Shown here piece by piece: positions 50,601-64,000 of a DNA stretch of 64,000 nucleotides. The notes under the pieces are model-generated. The model was not told where the DNA came from. It did no database searches and was given only the letters and a program-made list of their open reading frames with translations. The stretch comes from Azolla caroliniana (taxonomy: Eukaryota; Plantae; Polypodiophyta). The stretch's first letter is position 1. Each line of letters starts with the position of its first letter. The position numbers were made by a program, and so were the translations under genes. The stretch is taken from NCBI GenBank assembly GCA_043228905.1, contig JBHGNT010000018.1, positions 3,534,001 through 3,598,000 on the forward strand, written 5' to 3'.

Positions 50601-53600
50601 GATCATGTCTTGTGGGAAAAGATGGAAATGCATGCTGCTATATCAGTTGGGGAAGCATGTGATATTTTTTCACTTGGTTGCATTATTGCAGAAATATATC
50701 TTAAAGAGCCTCTTTTTGATCCAGTTTCACTGAGGGATTTTAATGATCATGGAATAGAACCGTCATTACTTCAGCGCCTACCATTTCCTATCCAATCTTT
50801 TGTGAGATCCATGATTGAAAAAAATCCAACAAGGTGCTTTGTATGCATAACAATTGTTACATCAATCCTTTAAATGATGGTGCATTTCTAATTTGTTTCA
50901 TGTTAAACTCTGCAGAAAGCTGTCATTGGCTCAGCTCCTTGGTTCACCCTTCTTCCCACCAACTGTTCGGGCAGTTCATACTTTTGTTTCTATTCTTTAC
51001 CATCACGAAGATAAATGCAATAGGCTTCAATTAGTAGCAAGCCTAGCACGCCATAATGCGTTTCTTCTAATGGGCTCAGTGGCTGCAAAAAAATGTATCA
51101 GTTTTTGTCTGTCCCCTCTTGTTTTGCCGCATGAGGATATACCAGTTCAAGCATTCATCATTTTTATGAATGCGTCGCTCAAGGCACTCAAACCATATGA
51201 TTTCAACGTATTGGTTCTGCCAGCCATACAAAAAATTTTGCAGGTAAAAGTGCTGCTGCTAATTCTTAATTCTGTCAATTGTCATTTCTGCCTTTTTAAA
51301 GACATTAACAATGCCTTGATTCTTTTCAATATCAATGGTGCTTTGGGACCATAAGAATGGTTTTCCTCCAACATCCAAGATAGCGATTTGTATAGTAACT
51401 TGGATCCATATTTGTGGTGTTATGAAGTATATCTGTAGCCTGATGTCTTAACTGTCTGTTAGGAGGCTACTTAGCATTATGTCTTACACGCAAGAACTGG
51501 TAAGATAGGGAAAGTACTTCGAATGGGGATGAGAGAATCAGTGGGGGTTCAATGTCTCAGATGAAAACGAGGGCCTATCTATGACAAGTGGCCAGTATGT
51601 GGAAGAGTGCATCTAGAAGCCACACTATAAATGCATGACCTCAAGGCTGTGCCACATCTAACTGTTCGTGTGTGATTGTACTTCATATTCATTTTCCAGT
51701 TAGTGAACATGTGACAAACTGTACAATAACATTTAGGGTAACTGTATGAGAGAGAGAAATAGACCTTTGTGGATAATCACCACGTGTTATTAAGTTGGAA
51801 AAGGAAATGATTGTGGTAGGGTCAAGGAAACTCTGATGTCAAAGTTGCTCTACTGCAAGCTTCATTTATTCGGAAAATTTTTAAATCACTTGGTATAACA
51901 ATGTACCTCCAGTATCTGCATCATGCGGTTCTTTTTAGCATACAACAACCAATAGGAGATGGCCCTGTAAATGCTGCTGCATCAAACTTGCTGATTGAAA
52001 TATCACAGGATCTTGGTGTACCAGTCACCTGCTCTCAGGTGAAACTACTTATGTTTATATATTTTCTGGCATCATGTTTCATCAAATTATGCTTCTAAAT
52101 TCCTTCCATGAATACTGTTTGATTTATTGTTTTTCTTTTTTTATCTTTGCAGATTATTGCTCCATTATTGCAGAATTTCGGCCGAGATGTAACTACTTCT
52201 GTGATTGATACAGTGGTTGGGATTGGTATCTTTAGGGAAAGAATTTATATAGCTTTGCGTTTTTATTTGCTTTAAATTTATTTACTTGTAATAAAGGATG
52301 AAAGAACCTGTAATGAGAATTTTTTGTAGTTTTCATATGCTTGTAATAGTTTGGTTATCCTTATGTGCAGGGAAACAACTTGGGGAACAAATGCTTGTAA
52401 AACACTTAATTCTTCCCTTGCGGGCAATGATTACAGCATGTATGCATTCAATTTTTAAAGAAAACAAAGCCCCAGCAAGAACTTGGAGAATGTTAGTCAT
52501 GCGTGACTCTGCAATAGTCCTGGAACATCTTCTCGATTTTCTTTCTCCGACAACTGTTCTCATGGAGCTTGTACAGGTTTTCCCCTTGTCATTCAGATTC
52601 CTTATGTGAGCATGTTTAATACATATGCAACACATCATTTGGTAAGATAGTTCTTTATAATTGTAGCAAGCACTTGCCAAATATACAGTCCTTCATATAT
52701 ATTCATCTATTTCATGAAGCCATAGGTGTAGAGTCTGATAAATGGCTCCAGACATCAGATGTGGGGAACCTAGATGGATTGTTTAGGAAAGAGGGGGAGG
52801 ATAACAATTAATGATGTGCACACATGACAGTAGTTTAGCAGCCATGAATTAGATGTAGAGCAATGCCAAGTTGTGACCTAACAATCATCTCGCCTTAGCC
52901 GTATCTTGTCCTGTGATACACTTATTGGAATAATCACGAGACAGTTTATGGCTGCTCTTGCCAAGTTACTACTCTTCAACTATGACGTAGCCTTACTGTA
53001 TCGTGGCCTTTCATATAACACTTGAAAGAATCATGAGACAACATTTATGGCAGCCCTACTCAAGTGAGATTTGGATAAAAGCTGGAGAGTTCCTCCCCAC
53101 GAAGAAAGAGATAACATTTATGAATCTTCTTTCTCCATGGACAGATTTGTACAATGGCTGACATATATGGATGCCCAGATCATACTATTATCCTTCCAAC
53201 CACCGATTGACTAGATAGATACTGAAAGAGTAGAGGATATACAGGCTATGTATGTGTAGATATCCGGTATAGAATGGATGGCAACGTAATGGTGCCACTC
53301 CCTTCTGTAATCATAACAGCAGCTGAGAAACATCATCCTGGCTAGGTTCTGGTGGAGCTTCTCTGACATTGTTATCCCTCGAGTCATCTTCTGCTATACA
53401 GGAGGGGTGAGTGTGTTATTGGTTCATTCCCGCTACCCACTGTAACCTGCTGAGGAGTCACTGAGGCCTTCGTTGGATCTTGGGAACTGAGCACCTAGTT
53501 GCAGGACACTGAAGCTGCACTAGATATAGGTAAATATTCAAACTTGCTATAGGGGATTCGTTGAGGAGAAAGCCAATAGCATATTCTCAGACTTGGAGAC

Positions 53601-56600
53601 TGTACTTGGGAGGCCTTTCTGCACCATCCCCAATGATTCATGATATCATATACCAGATCTTCACTGGTGAATGAACCTAGTCAGTGTATATCATGCATCT
53701 CCAGCCATTTCATATGGTAACATAGAGTTCTCCAAAATACCTATTACTTATATAAACCCTTCCTTGTTTTCCACTCCCAGGTTAGTGTATTAGGTTAGGT
53801 TCTTTTTCATGTACTATTATTTGAACATTGCGTGCATGTTTTTTTCCTTTCAAATATGAATATTTGACTAGGCAAATTGAGCTTTAATTATTAACTTTAT
53901 TCTGGTTTTAGTTCAACCTTGTAGTATGTGTATATCAATGTAGAAGTTGGGTTATTTGTAATTCTTCATATTAGTTTGTAAATGTGTTGTCGTGTAAGCG
54001 CACATGTGTATGCTACTCGAGCTGGAATGCAGGGGACTTGGACCAAGGAGGACATGATGCCGTGTGAGAAGACTTAGAACCCTTCGTGGATAACCCTCAA
54101 GTAATCCCCTTTTTGAGAAATACCTCTTTTGGGAAGTTTTGAAGAATCTTGGTTCGAGGAAATTTCATCTTCAAGGAATGGCCTTGCTTGAGGAATCCAA
54201 ATAGGAGTAAACCCGGATCGAAGAAACCTAGTTCAAGGAAATCCTAGTTTGAGGAAAACCTTGGCTTGAGGAAAGCCTTCCCCTTTTCACTGACGCCACT
54301 ATTTGACCTCTCTCTCTCTCTCACGGCAATGGCACTCAAGTGATCAACATAGGGATCAAGGCTAATTACACTTGTTCAATATAATTCTAGATTTAGACTC
54401 AAAGAAATCTCCTTACTAAATAGAGTTTACAATGTGATTACAAAGTGTTTACAATTGTAATTACAAATGGAGAGAACAAGGGAATGATTACAAAGAAATA
54501 TTTGCAAAGGTAGAACTCTGAGTTTCAATGGCTTGAGCTCATGAGCAACGACCATTGTGCCTTTTGTTGTCATTGCTTTCCACGCCCTCTTTTGCATCCT
54601 CCTCTTCAAGATCGTCCTTTCTCTGTCCGTTGCCCCTCTTTCGAGCAAGAAGAAATCCCCCCCAAGAATACTCTCTTGCTCCACCGTAAGTAGAAGTTGA
54701 AGAGCAATGGCATAAACCCCACCCTCACACCCAACACATGACAAATTGTTACGAGCATAACCGTAACCGTAGTTGTGGGCTAATTTGTAAGGATGAAGGG
54801 TGAGGATTGAGTTATCTCAATCATACGGTGGGCGATAGCTCTACGGTGTTTCATCACCTGGCTACATTTTATAATAAAAACAACCAAGTGAGAAACACAC
54901 ACAAGGGCCTTGGGTTTGAGCCTATATTAGAAGGCTAGCTACCTTCATGAAGGGGCATTGCTTTTCTTTATTGTTTTGAGATAGAGACTCTGATAGTGTG
55001 GCAAAGCTCTACCTTCATACACATGTGCCTCCTTCAAACCCAAGGTACGATCCATGTTTGTGTACGGTCTCGTGATGTGGTGCGACCAAAGACAGAAAGT
55101 GGGAAAATAGTGAGATGTGTGTGAGAAAGAAAGAAATATTAACGTCTTTTAAGAGGTCAAAATGGCCTATAAGACCAAATAAGAGATTACATCTTGAGTG
55201 TTGTCTCGTCTTTGAGAACAAATCAAAATAAAATAAATACTACACAATGAATATATAAGTAAATAAGATGAAAAGAGAAGAAACGAGGGAATCTGGTTTT
55301 TTGCACATGTGAGATTCTCAAGTTAGGTATATAGTAGCTTTTGTCTTCGAAAGATCTCTAGCATAGGTCGATCCAGAATGGAAATGTCTCTGAAGCGAGG
55401 GAAGCACCTACGATGGCGGGAGATAATGACTTTTATCTGTCGATGACAAGGGTGTCGAGGTCATGGTCCATGGGGGCGGGGCCTACGTGCACGCCAAATT
55501 GCTATTGCCCGATTAATTGTAACCCCTTTGTTATGTCCTGGTCTGGAGCCCATTTGTGTATCCTGTGATGGACTTGTAGGATTAGTAGGAGTGATGGGGC
55601 TAAAGAAAGTTGTGATTGTTCTTTGTGGATGAGCTTGTGTGAGCTCTAGCAAGAAAAGTCCTAGTCATCGTTGGTCCTCATATTCCATTACCTTGTGTAG
55701 TGGGCCAAAGCCTTGTTTAAAGAGGCAATGGTATCTCCCCCTGATTTCATAAAAGACTCTACAGTGACAAACAGTGTTCCTCAGATTCCACTCCTTGATG
55801 ACACAATTGGCAAATTCTCTCTTCTAGAGGTAGTCGTGTATATCTGCCTACCTCAATCTGTAGCTGATGTGATGAAGTTCTTAGCTGCCCTATCACACTA
55901 CACAACGCATAGGATAGATGTATGTCCATATAAGGTGGCCTGATGACAAATCCATCCTCCGATGTATGTAAGAAGTGCGTCTTATAGTGAGCCATCTTTG
56001 TACTAAGTGGTATTTTGGGGCTGATCCATGTTATCTTGTTTTCCAAGTTAATAATATCAGTCCGGATCACTCTATTCTTTTCCACTTTGGTCATATTTAG
56101 GTGGGGACAGTCCAAGCTATATTGGAACGGCGGTAGTGCATTTATAGTCATGCCATGTGACTCGAACCATTGCTGCATTTCAGCATACCAACAAGGAGTG
56201 TCTCCATTTTCAGCCAGTTGTCTTGATGACATAAGTGCCAACCTTGGGTACCTTCGTTTAGGTAGCTCCCAAAGATGTTGGATAAATGTCACTGATTGGA
56301 ACAATGCCTCGGTTATTCTAGGTGCTGCTCCCATCTCTGCCCGGATTATATTGTGGGGCACCGATGCTTTGCTCCTTATCATGCGAGCAATCATTGACAC
56401 TAAAGGTCTCTCCAAATCTTTCCAATGATTTGCCTTGTTAAGACTCGGTCCCCATGTTTCTACTCCATAGAGAAGAGTTGGTGTGACAAGTGTATCAAAT
56501 AACCATAGCTTAGTCCGTGGCTCTTGGAACTGCAGATGTGCACATTGTCTCTCGAGAGCACCAAGGGCTGCATATCCACGAGAAAGTCGGGCACAAGCAG

Positions 56601-59600
56601 CCTCCTGTAAGGAGAACCTAGGTCCTGTAAATGTTACTCCTAGGTATGTGTAGGAGGGTGTGTATGCCACCTTTTCCTCTCCCAAGAAGAATTCTGGTTC
56701 TGATCTTGTTACCCATGCTTGAGTGGTGTTAAACACCATCACTTTAGTTTTGTCCATGTTGATTGACAAACCTTTGTCCGTACAAAATAGTTTTAAGGCA
56801 TTTAGATGTCTCTGTAGTCCCTCCAGAGAGTCAGAAATCAGCACAATGTCATCAACATATAGTAATATTTGTATAGCTATACCTGCTAGGCGTGCTCCGG
56901 AACCCCCAAATCTCTCTATGTAATGTGATACCTCATCTATATAGAGACCGAAGAGAGTGGGGGATAGTGGGCATCCTTGCTTCACTCCAATTGTGCTAGC
57001 CACTGCCTCTGACAAGCCCTTGGGAGACCGCACTTTTCCTAACACGGATTCATAGAGTGCATAGACTCCCCATTGCATATATGTAGGAACACCAAGGGCT
57101 TCTAGCCGCTGCATAAGCCGAGCATGTAGCACAGTGTCAAAGGCTTTTCGGAAATCCACAAAGCAGCAATAAATCCTCTTATTGTGGGCTCTGCCCTCCT
57201 CAATAAGGGTCCGGAGGGTGAATATGTGATCCAAAGTTGTGAACCCCTTCCGAAAGCCTGCCTGTCCAACTGAATGACAGCCATTCTGCTCTGCCCATAT
57301 ACTCAATTTTGATTCTAGAATCGACCCATATAGTTCAGCCAAGTAATGGCCAATCATGATTGTCCTATAGTTGCTTTGCATCATGGGGTCTCCACTTTTG
57401 AGGATTGACACAATGGTATGCTGAGTCCATATAGTAGGGAAACCTTCACACATGGCTCTATTAAAGATGTGGGCTAGCAATAGAAGCAAGGTGTTGTGGG
57501 CATAGATAAAGTGCTCACCCACCAATCCATCATGATCTTGGGCCTTCCCAAATTGTAGCCGATCAATGGCATTTCTTACATTTTGTGGTGTAAAGAAGGT
57601 TGATTCATGTGGGCGTGAGGCATTCGGGTGGGGAAGAGGAGGTTGCCCCAAGACATCATATAGAACCTTTGCATATTCATGCCACACCTGAGGTGAGGTC
57701 AGTTGTGTGGTGGGTTGCCTCTCATTAAACATTTTCCATGCTCTTTTACTCTCTTGTCCTAGGAACAAGCGATACAAATGATCTTCAAATTTAGCCAAAT
57801 ACAATCTCTTCTTCTTCCTTACAAGGCGTTGGAAGGTTGCTCTTGCTTGGTTGTGTGTATAAATGCCCCGAGTTACATCACGCTGCAAGCATCTCCTTGT
57901 ATCACGACATTCCGCATCATACCAACTATTTTGTATTACTCTACCAAGTTTGAGTTTTGCGTGTGGTCTTCTTCATTTTCTTTCTTCTTCAACTCTTCTT
58001 TGTCAAGGGGTTTTGGCACTCGAGTGAAGGCAACGAGCAGGCGGCAAGCTGCACACCGGTCGTTCGTAGGTAGGATGGAGTGGCACGAGAGTTCTACCCC
58101 GATTCGAGATATCGTAGACATCGGAAGTAGTTGTAGCCTCAGCGGCCCACTCGACTTGCCTACACCGGAAGCTTCATGCCTCATTTCCTAACTCTTGCTT
58201 GAGCTCGTGGTTAACTAGAAGTTGCCACCATTGTAACCCCTCCCCCCTTTGTAATTTGGACACCCTATTTTATAAAGAGCTCTTTCTTTCATGTATGTAA
58301 TCTTGCGTCTACTTCCTAATATAAGGTCGTTTAGTTTAATCTTGTGTTAGTTTGTTAATCCCGTGTTAATCTCCCTCTCATGCGTTCGCGTTGTTCTTTC
58401 GCTTGCGTCGTCGAACCTCCGCACCCGAGCATTCGTACCTCAGGAAACTTTCAACTACACCTCTGACATCTTTCTTTGACGAAGGCTCTCTTCGTCTAAG
58501 GAGCCTTCAACTAATGCGAACGTTCGACTAGTCGAATCGTCAACTAGACTAAGTGTTCAACGAGTCCCTTCGACTAGACCGAGCGTTCGACTAAGTTCAA
58601 ATCTATGACTAGCACAAGTGTTCGACTAGCCCCTTTGGATAGAGCCTTTGACTAGACTTTACGACTAGTTCCTTTGACTAGCTGTCTTCTTAGAATTACC
58701 CCCACTTTTTGTCCCCTCCATCTTTTTGACTCCCTGGTCCAAGACCCCTGTGTTATGGGACACCGCCGGGGGACTTGGATCTGTCTCTCACCTTCGCTAG
58801 GGGGTGGTCGGGTGGACTGACACCCTTTCTTCCTTATTTTCTTCTTTAATTTTGCTTATGTTAATTAAGATTCTAACAGCAAGAAACTCTCTAAAACTTG
58901 TGTAAGTAAGAAGAAGAAAATACCTCAAAAAACCCGAAAATCAGAAAAATTGGTCAAAGTGCAAAAAAATGTAGTTTCTTTATACGTCAAGCAAGAGTTG
59001 AACCATCTCCTCTTTTTTCCACAGTCATTAGCCTTAACCACTTGGCTATTTTACTGTCTCTTTTCATATACACATATTTACATCTGTATTGCTGTTCCCT
59101 TTTTTCCCTTTTTCTCTATATTCCACCTTTGGACCTGCCACATCACGACAATGTAAGAGAATGAACATATATATCCACAGAGGAAACAAAAGCTTAAACA
59201 ATTACCATTGAATATTGATGGTCTCTGCAAAACCAAGAATGAGGGAGAAACTCTGATAATGTAGGTCTAATTGTTTTACAGCAGACACCTACGCATTTGA
59301 CAATAAATATTCAGGACATCAAAAAAAGAATGTATCTGATCTCTATATGTGAAATTAATATTTGCTCAATGCATTGAATCTCTAGTATGAAAATTTTATA
59401 TTCTCAAGGTATTGAATCTCTAGTATGAAATTAATTTTCGCTCAATATAGAAAAGAATAGATAATTAGGTAAAACAGTAATTCAAAGTATCATCAAGGGG
59501 AAGAAGCGGAGGCCATTATGTTGCAAATTTTACTATATTATTTTCCTTATGTTTTGGTAGGAGCCACATAATGTTCTGGAGGGCTTGCTTCTTCATCCAG

Positions 59601-62600
59601 AAGTAACCAATAGTTTGCAACAGGTGGGCTGTTTCTCTTTTGGTGTTTATATTCAGGTTCTTAAAGTATCTTAACATCAAAAATTTATTTCTACATCTTT
59701 GGAAAAATGATAGTGTGCAGCAAAGGTCTTGATTTCTGTCTGTCGGTGCATTGGCCCTGATGCAACTGTGGCCTATGTTTTACCACGACTTCAGACATTG
59801 TTTGCATTTGATGCATTCAGTACAAGTAAATATAACTTGGAAATGCAATTAAGTGACCATACAAATATTGGCAATAGTTCTGATCACGCTGAATTGTCCA
59901 ATAATCAAGGGGTAATGGAGTCAGCAGCTAATATGCACAGTCAAGATTTAATTACAGATGAGAAACTCAAGGCTCAAATGGATATTTTGTAAGGTTTTCC
60001 ACTGTTGCAGTTGCACTATTGTTTTTCTTTAAGTAAATTCAAAATGATACTTTTAATAAAATTTATGTATCTCTGCACAGTATAAACTCTAGCAAAAATC
60101 ATATCTTGTTCTCCATCAATATCATGTTACCAATGATTGTCTAGTGTTCTTTTTCATTAACTTTGGAAAGACGTTGTCATGCATGTGCTAGTATGAATGC
60201 TATGTTTGGTCTTTTTATGAGTCTTCAAAATTGGATATTACTTGAGAATACCAATGGAAGTTTTTGTCATTAGTTTTGGGCTTCTTTTGCTGGAAAACTT
60301 TGTAAAGGAAATTTACCCGTTATACATTATATTTTGATAAAAGGCAGTAACTGTATGAACCAAACAATCTAAGTTTTTATTCTTATGCAGGCATATCCTT
60401 TATAAGGGGTTTTCTTCTTTTCTCGGCATTGAAAGACTTCGGCAGTGTGTTAACACATCACATAGTTTGGAAGAACTGCTTGCCAAACTATACAGTTGGA
60501 AGGTAGTGACTTCCAGTCCATGTTTGCTATTTGGCACCTTTTTGGAGATGTGCATGCTATGATGAATTCTGGAGCTGCTAATAAGTTGTGATTACAAATG
60601 TGTAGAATAGGTTCAGTCATCATGCTATTATCTACCTAGGTTTATTTTTTTCCTTTTTATTTAGCATGATATTTTAACAAGCTTTACATAATTAGTTTGA
60701 TGAGGAGGTGCAACAAAATTTAAAGATACTTTAGAGGGATTTAAGTCTTGTAAGATTCTGGTTCACTGTGGATTAAATCTTGTGGCTATGCAATGCTAAC
60801 ATGACAAAATGTAGGATGACATTTGTTCCGTGGAATTCTTGGTAAATCACAAAGATATAGCATCAGTTGGCATATCAATCTGTCCAGATCAAGTTCATAC
60901 TGACCAATTTGGAACTTACATCTTTGAGAATATCCAGCTGCATATTTTCTAATTTTTATATTGCACAAAGTAACAATTGCAGTGCAATTTCTATATTGCA
61001 TTAGAGACCTCTCCATTCTGGATCGACCTATACTAGAGATCTTTCGAAGACAAAATTACAATATATTGATTTGAGAATCTTACATGTATAGATGACGAGA
61101 TTCTTTAGTCACGTCTTAGTCTATTTCTATGTACTTTTTTGCTTACTTACATTTATTTTGGTTTGTTCTAAAAGACGACATCATTTTAAGATGTAATCTC
61201 TGCCATTTTGGCCTGTTAAAAGACATTCTTTCTTTCTTTCTATGTTCTTTTTAATGTTTCTTTCCTGTTGACCAGTGGGAGAAAGATAACAATACATTTC
61301 ATGGGAAATCAGAGAGGGTAGTCATTATAAAGGAACAACATTTGAAGGCAGGATCTGAACTCAACTCAACTAGATTCCTTTTGAATGAGATTGGTTGGTC
61401 AGTTCCACAACCTTTTTTAAGTAAAATTAAGCCCTTATATGGTGAGAACAACAGTAAACAAGTCAAAGCAAAAGATGATGGCAATGTATGTGAAACAGAG
61501 GCACCATGGACATGGGTGCCAAGAAATAAAGATGCAGGGGATTGTACAGATTATGTTAACAGAACAGGATTGGTATTTGGTGGGGGGAAAGATGATCAAC
61601 CTTGGAAGTTGAAAATGATTACTTGTCATGCTTGGCGTGCTCATCCTGGCCCTCTTAAGGCAATTGCAGTTGGTGATGGTGAGGCAACTATTTTTACAGC
61701 AGGTGTGGGAACAAAAATGAGGGGATTAATAAAACAATGGAAGCTGTCAACAACACAGGACATCATGGAATATACCGGTCATGAAGAGGTCTGTATTCTT
61801 GAATCTTAACTATCTTTGTTTGTATTCGCTGTTGAATTATTGAAGTTGAACTTGACACATTGTCAATGTGGTGATACCAATATTTTAAGCACAGAATCGT
61901 TTTCAGCATTCAACACACATAATTTTTGTCTCAATGCTACTTTAAATTTAAATTACTACTGGAAATCTAAATGGGAGGTAAACTATATAAAATGCTGTCC
62001 AAATAGGTCTTACTATATAAAGAAAATTCTGCATTGGATCGTGATGCAAATTGGAAAGCATTTCAATATCAAATATATTTCATATATCCATGCTATATAT
62101 ATAGCCCAAAGTTCAATAGCTGCAGGTTAGAGTTATCGTCCAACTTCAAATGTAGATCAATGCCCTACTGAAGTAGACCAACATCAAATCACTCATTCCA
62201 GCTTTTCCATAGTTCACTCAACTTTCCAAAATTCTTTGGGCGTTGAACCCGTGGATCTTGGCTATATCAAAGTACTCATTCACACTTTTTTATTGGAGAA
62301 GTTTAGTTAGTTCCAATTTATATTTCATGCACAAATGAACCTATGTAGCTATAGTTACCAAGAAAATTACATAAATACTGGATCTAATTTCATTGTCATC
62401 AAAGTCTATGAGAATTTCTCTAAATTTATGTTTATATTGTAGCAATAGTTGCATTCTTATTATGTGCATTTGTGAATAGTTGTTTCTAGTGACGAATATA
62501 TAATTTTTGATATTCAGATTTCTGCATTCTTATTATGTGCATTCTGTGGTTTGATATTCAGATTTCTGCGTTTAATTTAAAATAATATTACAATTCATGT

Positions 62601-63759
62601 TTATATTGTAGAAATTTTTGCATTCTTGTTATATGCATTTGCCCATAGTTGTTTCTAGCAAGGAGTGTATAATTTTTTATTATGTGCCTACTCAGTGCTG
62701 GATACTATTGGTACAGCCTTTTATGGAGGTTATTGTGTATGCATTTACTGCGGCATGGTGCTACATTTTGTAGTCACTTCTGAAGCTTCTTACATTATTC
62801 TTCTGTGGTTTGATATTCAGGTTTCTACTTGTAGTGTAAAATAATATCACTAAGAAATGATTTGCATACAAGCCATGATGTTTTTTCCCCAGAAATTTGT
62901 CAAGATGTTTCCCATGATTTTTTATGTGGAGCTGTGGTTTCAGATCCAATGATATTGCTGGTTGGCTTACCTTTGTAGGCAGTAAATGACATATGTGTTA
63001 TACCATGGGCAAACAAAGGTGTGTCATGTGATGGGACAATTCACATGTGGGACACTCGCACAGGAGATCGTGTTGTCCTTTTTTCGGAGTACAATAATCA
63101 AAGTTCATCTCAATTGTTTGGGTCATCCTTAGTTGAGACCAATAGACTGCAAAGCTCTGTTAGTATAGGGACAGCAGGAACTGCCCTCTCAAGCGGTATG
63201 CTGTCTACAGGTCTTCATGGGAATCAGTACACATGTATGCACATGATGGAATGTGAGGAGACACTTGTAGCTGGGACTGGTAATGGATACGTAAGGTATT
63301 GCAAATAATTAATGATTTATTGTATTGTTGCTGAAGGCATTACAAATCGTTAAAATATATGCCAGGTTTTTTGACTTACCATCAGGTCGTTCCCTTCACC
63401 TTTGGCAATGTGATTTAGAACTATCTGGGTCTTCGTTGGTCTCTGCCATAGCTTCTTCTGGAAGTAATCATCACATCAATGAACGTACTAATGCTTCTTC
63501 TTGGATATCAATGGGCTTTGGCCTAGGTCAATGTAGACTGCTGGACTTGAGATCTGGAAACTTTGTTTCCTCTTGGAAAGCACATGATAACTTCATTACT
63601 AAGGTTGGATTTTTATCTCGTATGTTTATTTCAGTGGATGAATTTTCAAGCTGATGTAATGACTATTGTTCTTCAAATATGACAGTTGTCCGCCTTTGAC
63701 GATCATTACTTGATTTCTAGTTCTTTGGATAAAACTATATGCATATGGGATGTCCGGAG
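44675..63759 (+). CDS. GFS12: GFS12/BCHD-like (WDR81 family) protein: kinase-like, BEACH and WD40 domains; continues beyond the window
   Basis: Exons 44675-44806, 48427-48461, 48549-48614, 48752-50833, 50916-51243, 51820-52038, 52153-52225, 52371-52576, 59561-59623, 59714-59988, 60391-60502, 61276-61788, 62979-63295, 63366-63603, 63686-63759, all phase-consistent. Motifs: BEACH LSNYDYLLILNKIAGRRWGD...MPW..DF, RDLTKSKWRLAKGDEQLDF, WTPDECIPEF, HHWIDLTFGYK; HGDLKPSNILL; WD40 YTGHEE, SSLDKTICIWD. Confidence 0.95.
54030..58750. mobile_element. Composite insertion in the long GFS12 intron bounded by 21-bp inverted repeats
   Basis: CAGGGGACTTGGACCAAGGAG (54030-54050) and CTCCCTGGTCCAAGACCCCTG (58730-58750) match 19/21 as reverse complements. 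Subterminal short tandem motifs occur on both sides (TT(C/T)GAGGAA left; TTCGACTAG right). No TSD seen. Confidence 0.5.
55124..57935 (-). mobile_element. 5'-truncated RTE-clade LINE (RT, C-terminal Cys/His domain, 3'UTR and (TTTC)n tail)
   Basis: 709-aa open frame 55759-57888 with QAGFR, CCFVDFRKAFD, GVKQGCPLSPTLF, LLYVDD, YTYLG and RICQLC..ESEEH. The 3'UTR contains the motif shared by many short copies in the window. Confidence 0.95.
61010..61241 (+). mobile_element. RTE LINE 3'UTR fragment in a GFS12 intron
   Basis: Reverse-complement similarity to 55126-55390 (ccattctggatcgacctat..ctagagatctttcgaagacaaaa...gccattttggcct..ttaaaagac), ending in (TTCT)n. Similar short copies occur at ~44350-44410, ~46255-46350 and ~48165-48280. 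Confidence 0.88.
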
Positions 63760-64000
63760 GTATAAAGTTAACTTGTCCTTTTTCTACTGTGCATAAATAA
63801 GAATTTTAATGTACATGGAGAACTTGTGCTAAAGAGGATGGGTTGTCATGATAAATTATTTCACTTTCAAACTTAGCATAGAGAAGATTAATGGAAACAT
63901 ACATTACGGTTGGGATCTCATGAGCTATATGGACTTTCTGGGAGCTTATCTGCTCATTGTTCTTGATACACTATGCACCTATATAAAGCAATTAATGATG

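Noticed and set aside
52700-53800. Nested gene in the GFS12 intron (GC-richer block)
   Set aside because: No sustained ORF or splice chain found; probably a decayed TE that I cannot classify.
56015-56923. Plus-strand ORFs inside the LINE, and antisense ORFs over SDR, GFS12 and VAP27 exons
   Set aside because: Shadow frames opposite genuine coding sequence; no independent motifs.
58738-58800. Helitron 3' end (hairpin followed by CTAG)
   Set aside because: CTAG is followed by G rather than T, and no matching 5' TC end or RepHel remnant was found.

Overview
AT-rich, intron-rich land-plant nuclear DNA. RTE-type LINEs and the gene and intron style suggest a non-seed plant such as a fern (inference). 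Five recognisable genes were assembled by eye from splice sites and reading-frame phase: (1) the 3' end of a P4-ATPase flippase (+, 462-1482); (2) an SDR of the NADPH-dependent pterin aldehyde reductase type (-, 15267-17450), with a decayed duplicate of its last two exons downstream; (3) a mitochondrial-type release factor 1 (-, 26277-31354); (4) a VAP27/MSP-domain protein (-, 33737-36254); (5) a GFS12/WDR81-like kinase-like/BEACH/WD40 gene (+, 44675 to beyond the window end). The main discovery is a sixth gene that the ORF track largely misses. It is a phase-consistent chain of about 18 coding exons (+, 8334-13000), five of them 4-17 nt long. It encodes a protein of about 298 aa with the helix spacing of a transcriptional (C/T/L/H-type) cyclin but apparently without the CDK-binding Lys/Glu. 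Intergenic and intronic DNA holds two large RTE-clade LINEs, many microsatellite-tailed LINE 3' fragments, an L1 3' end, copia and gypsy relics, two hAT-type MITEs (one with a long internal hairpin), a tRNA-derived SINE head, tandem duplications and microsatellites. All exon structures and homologies were read manually, without tools.
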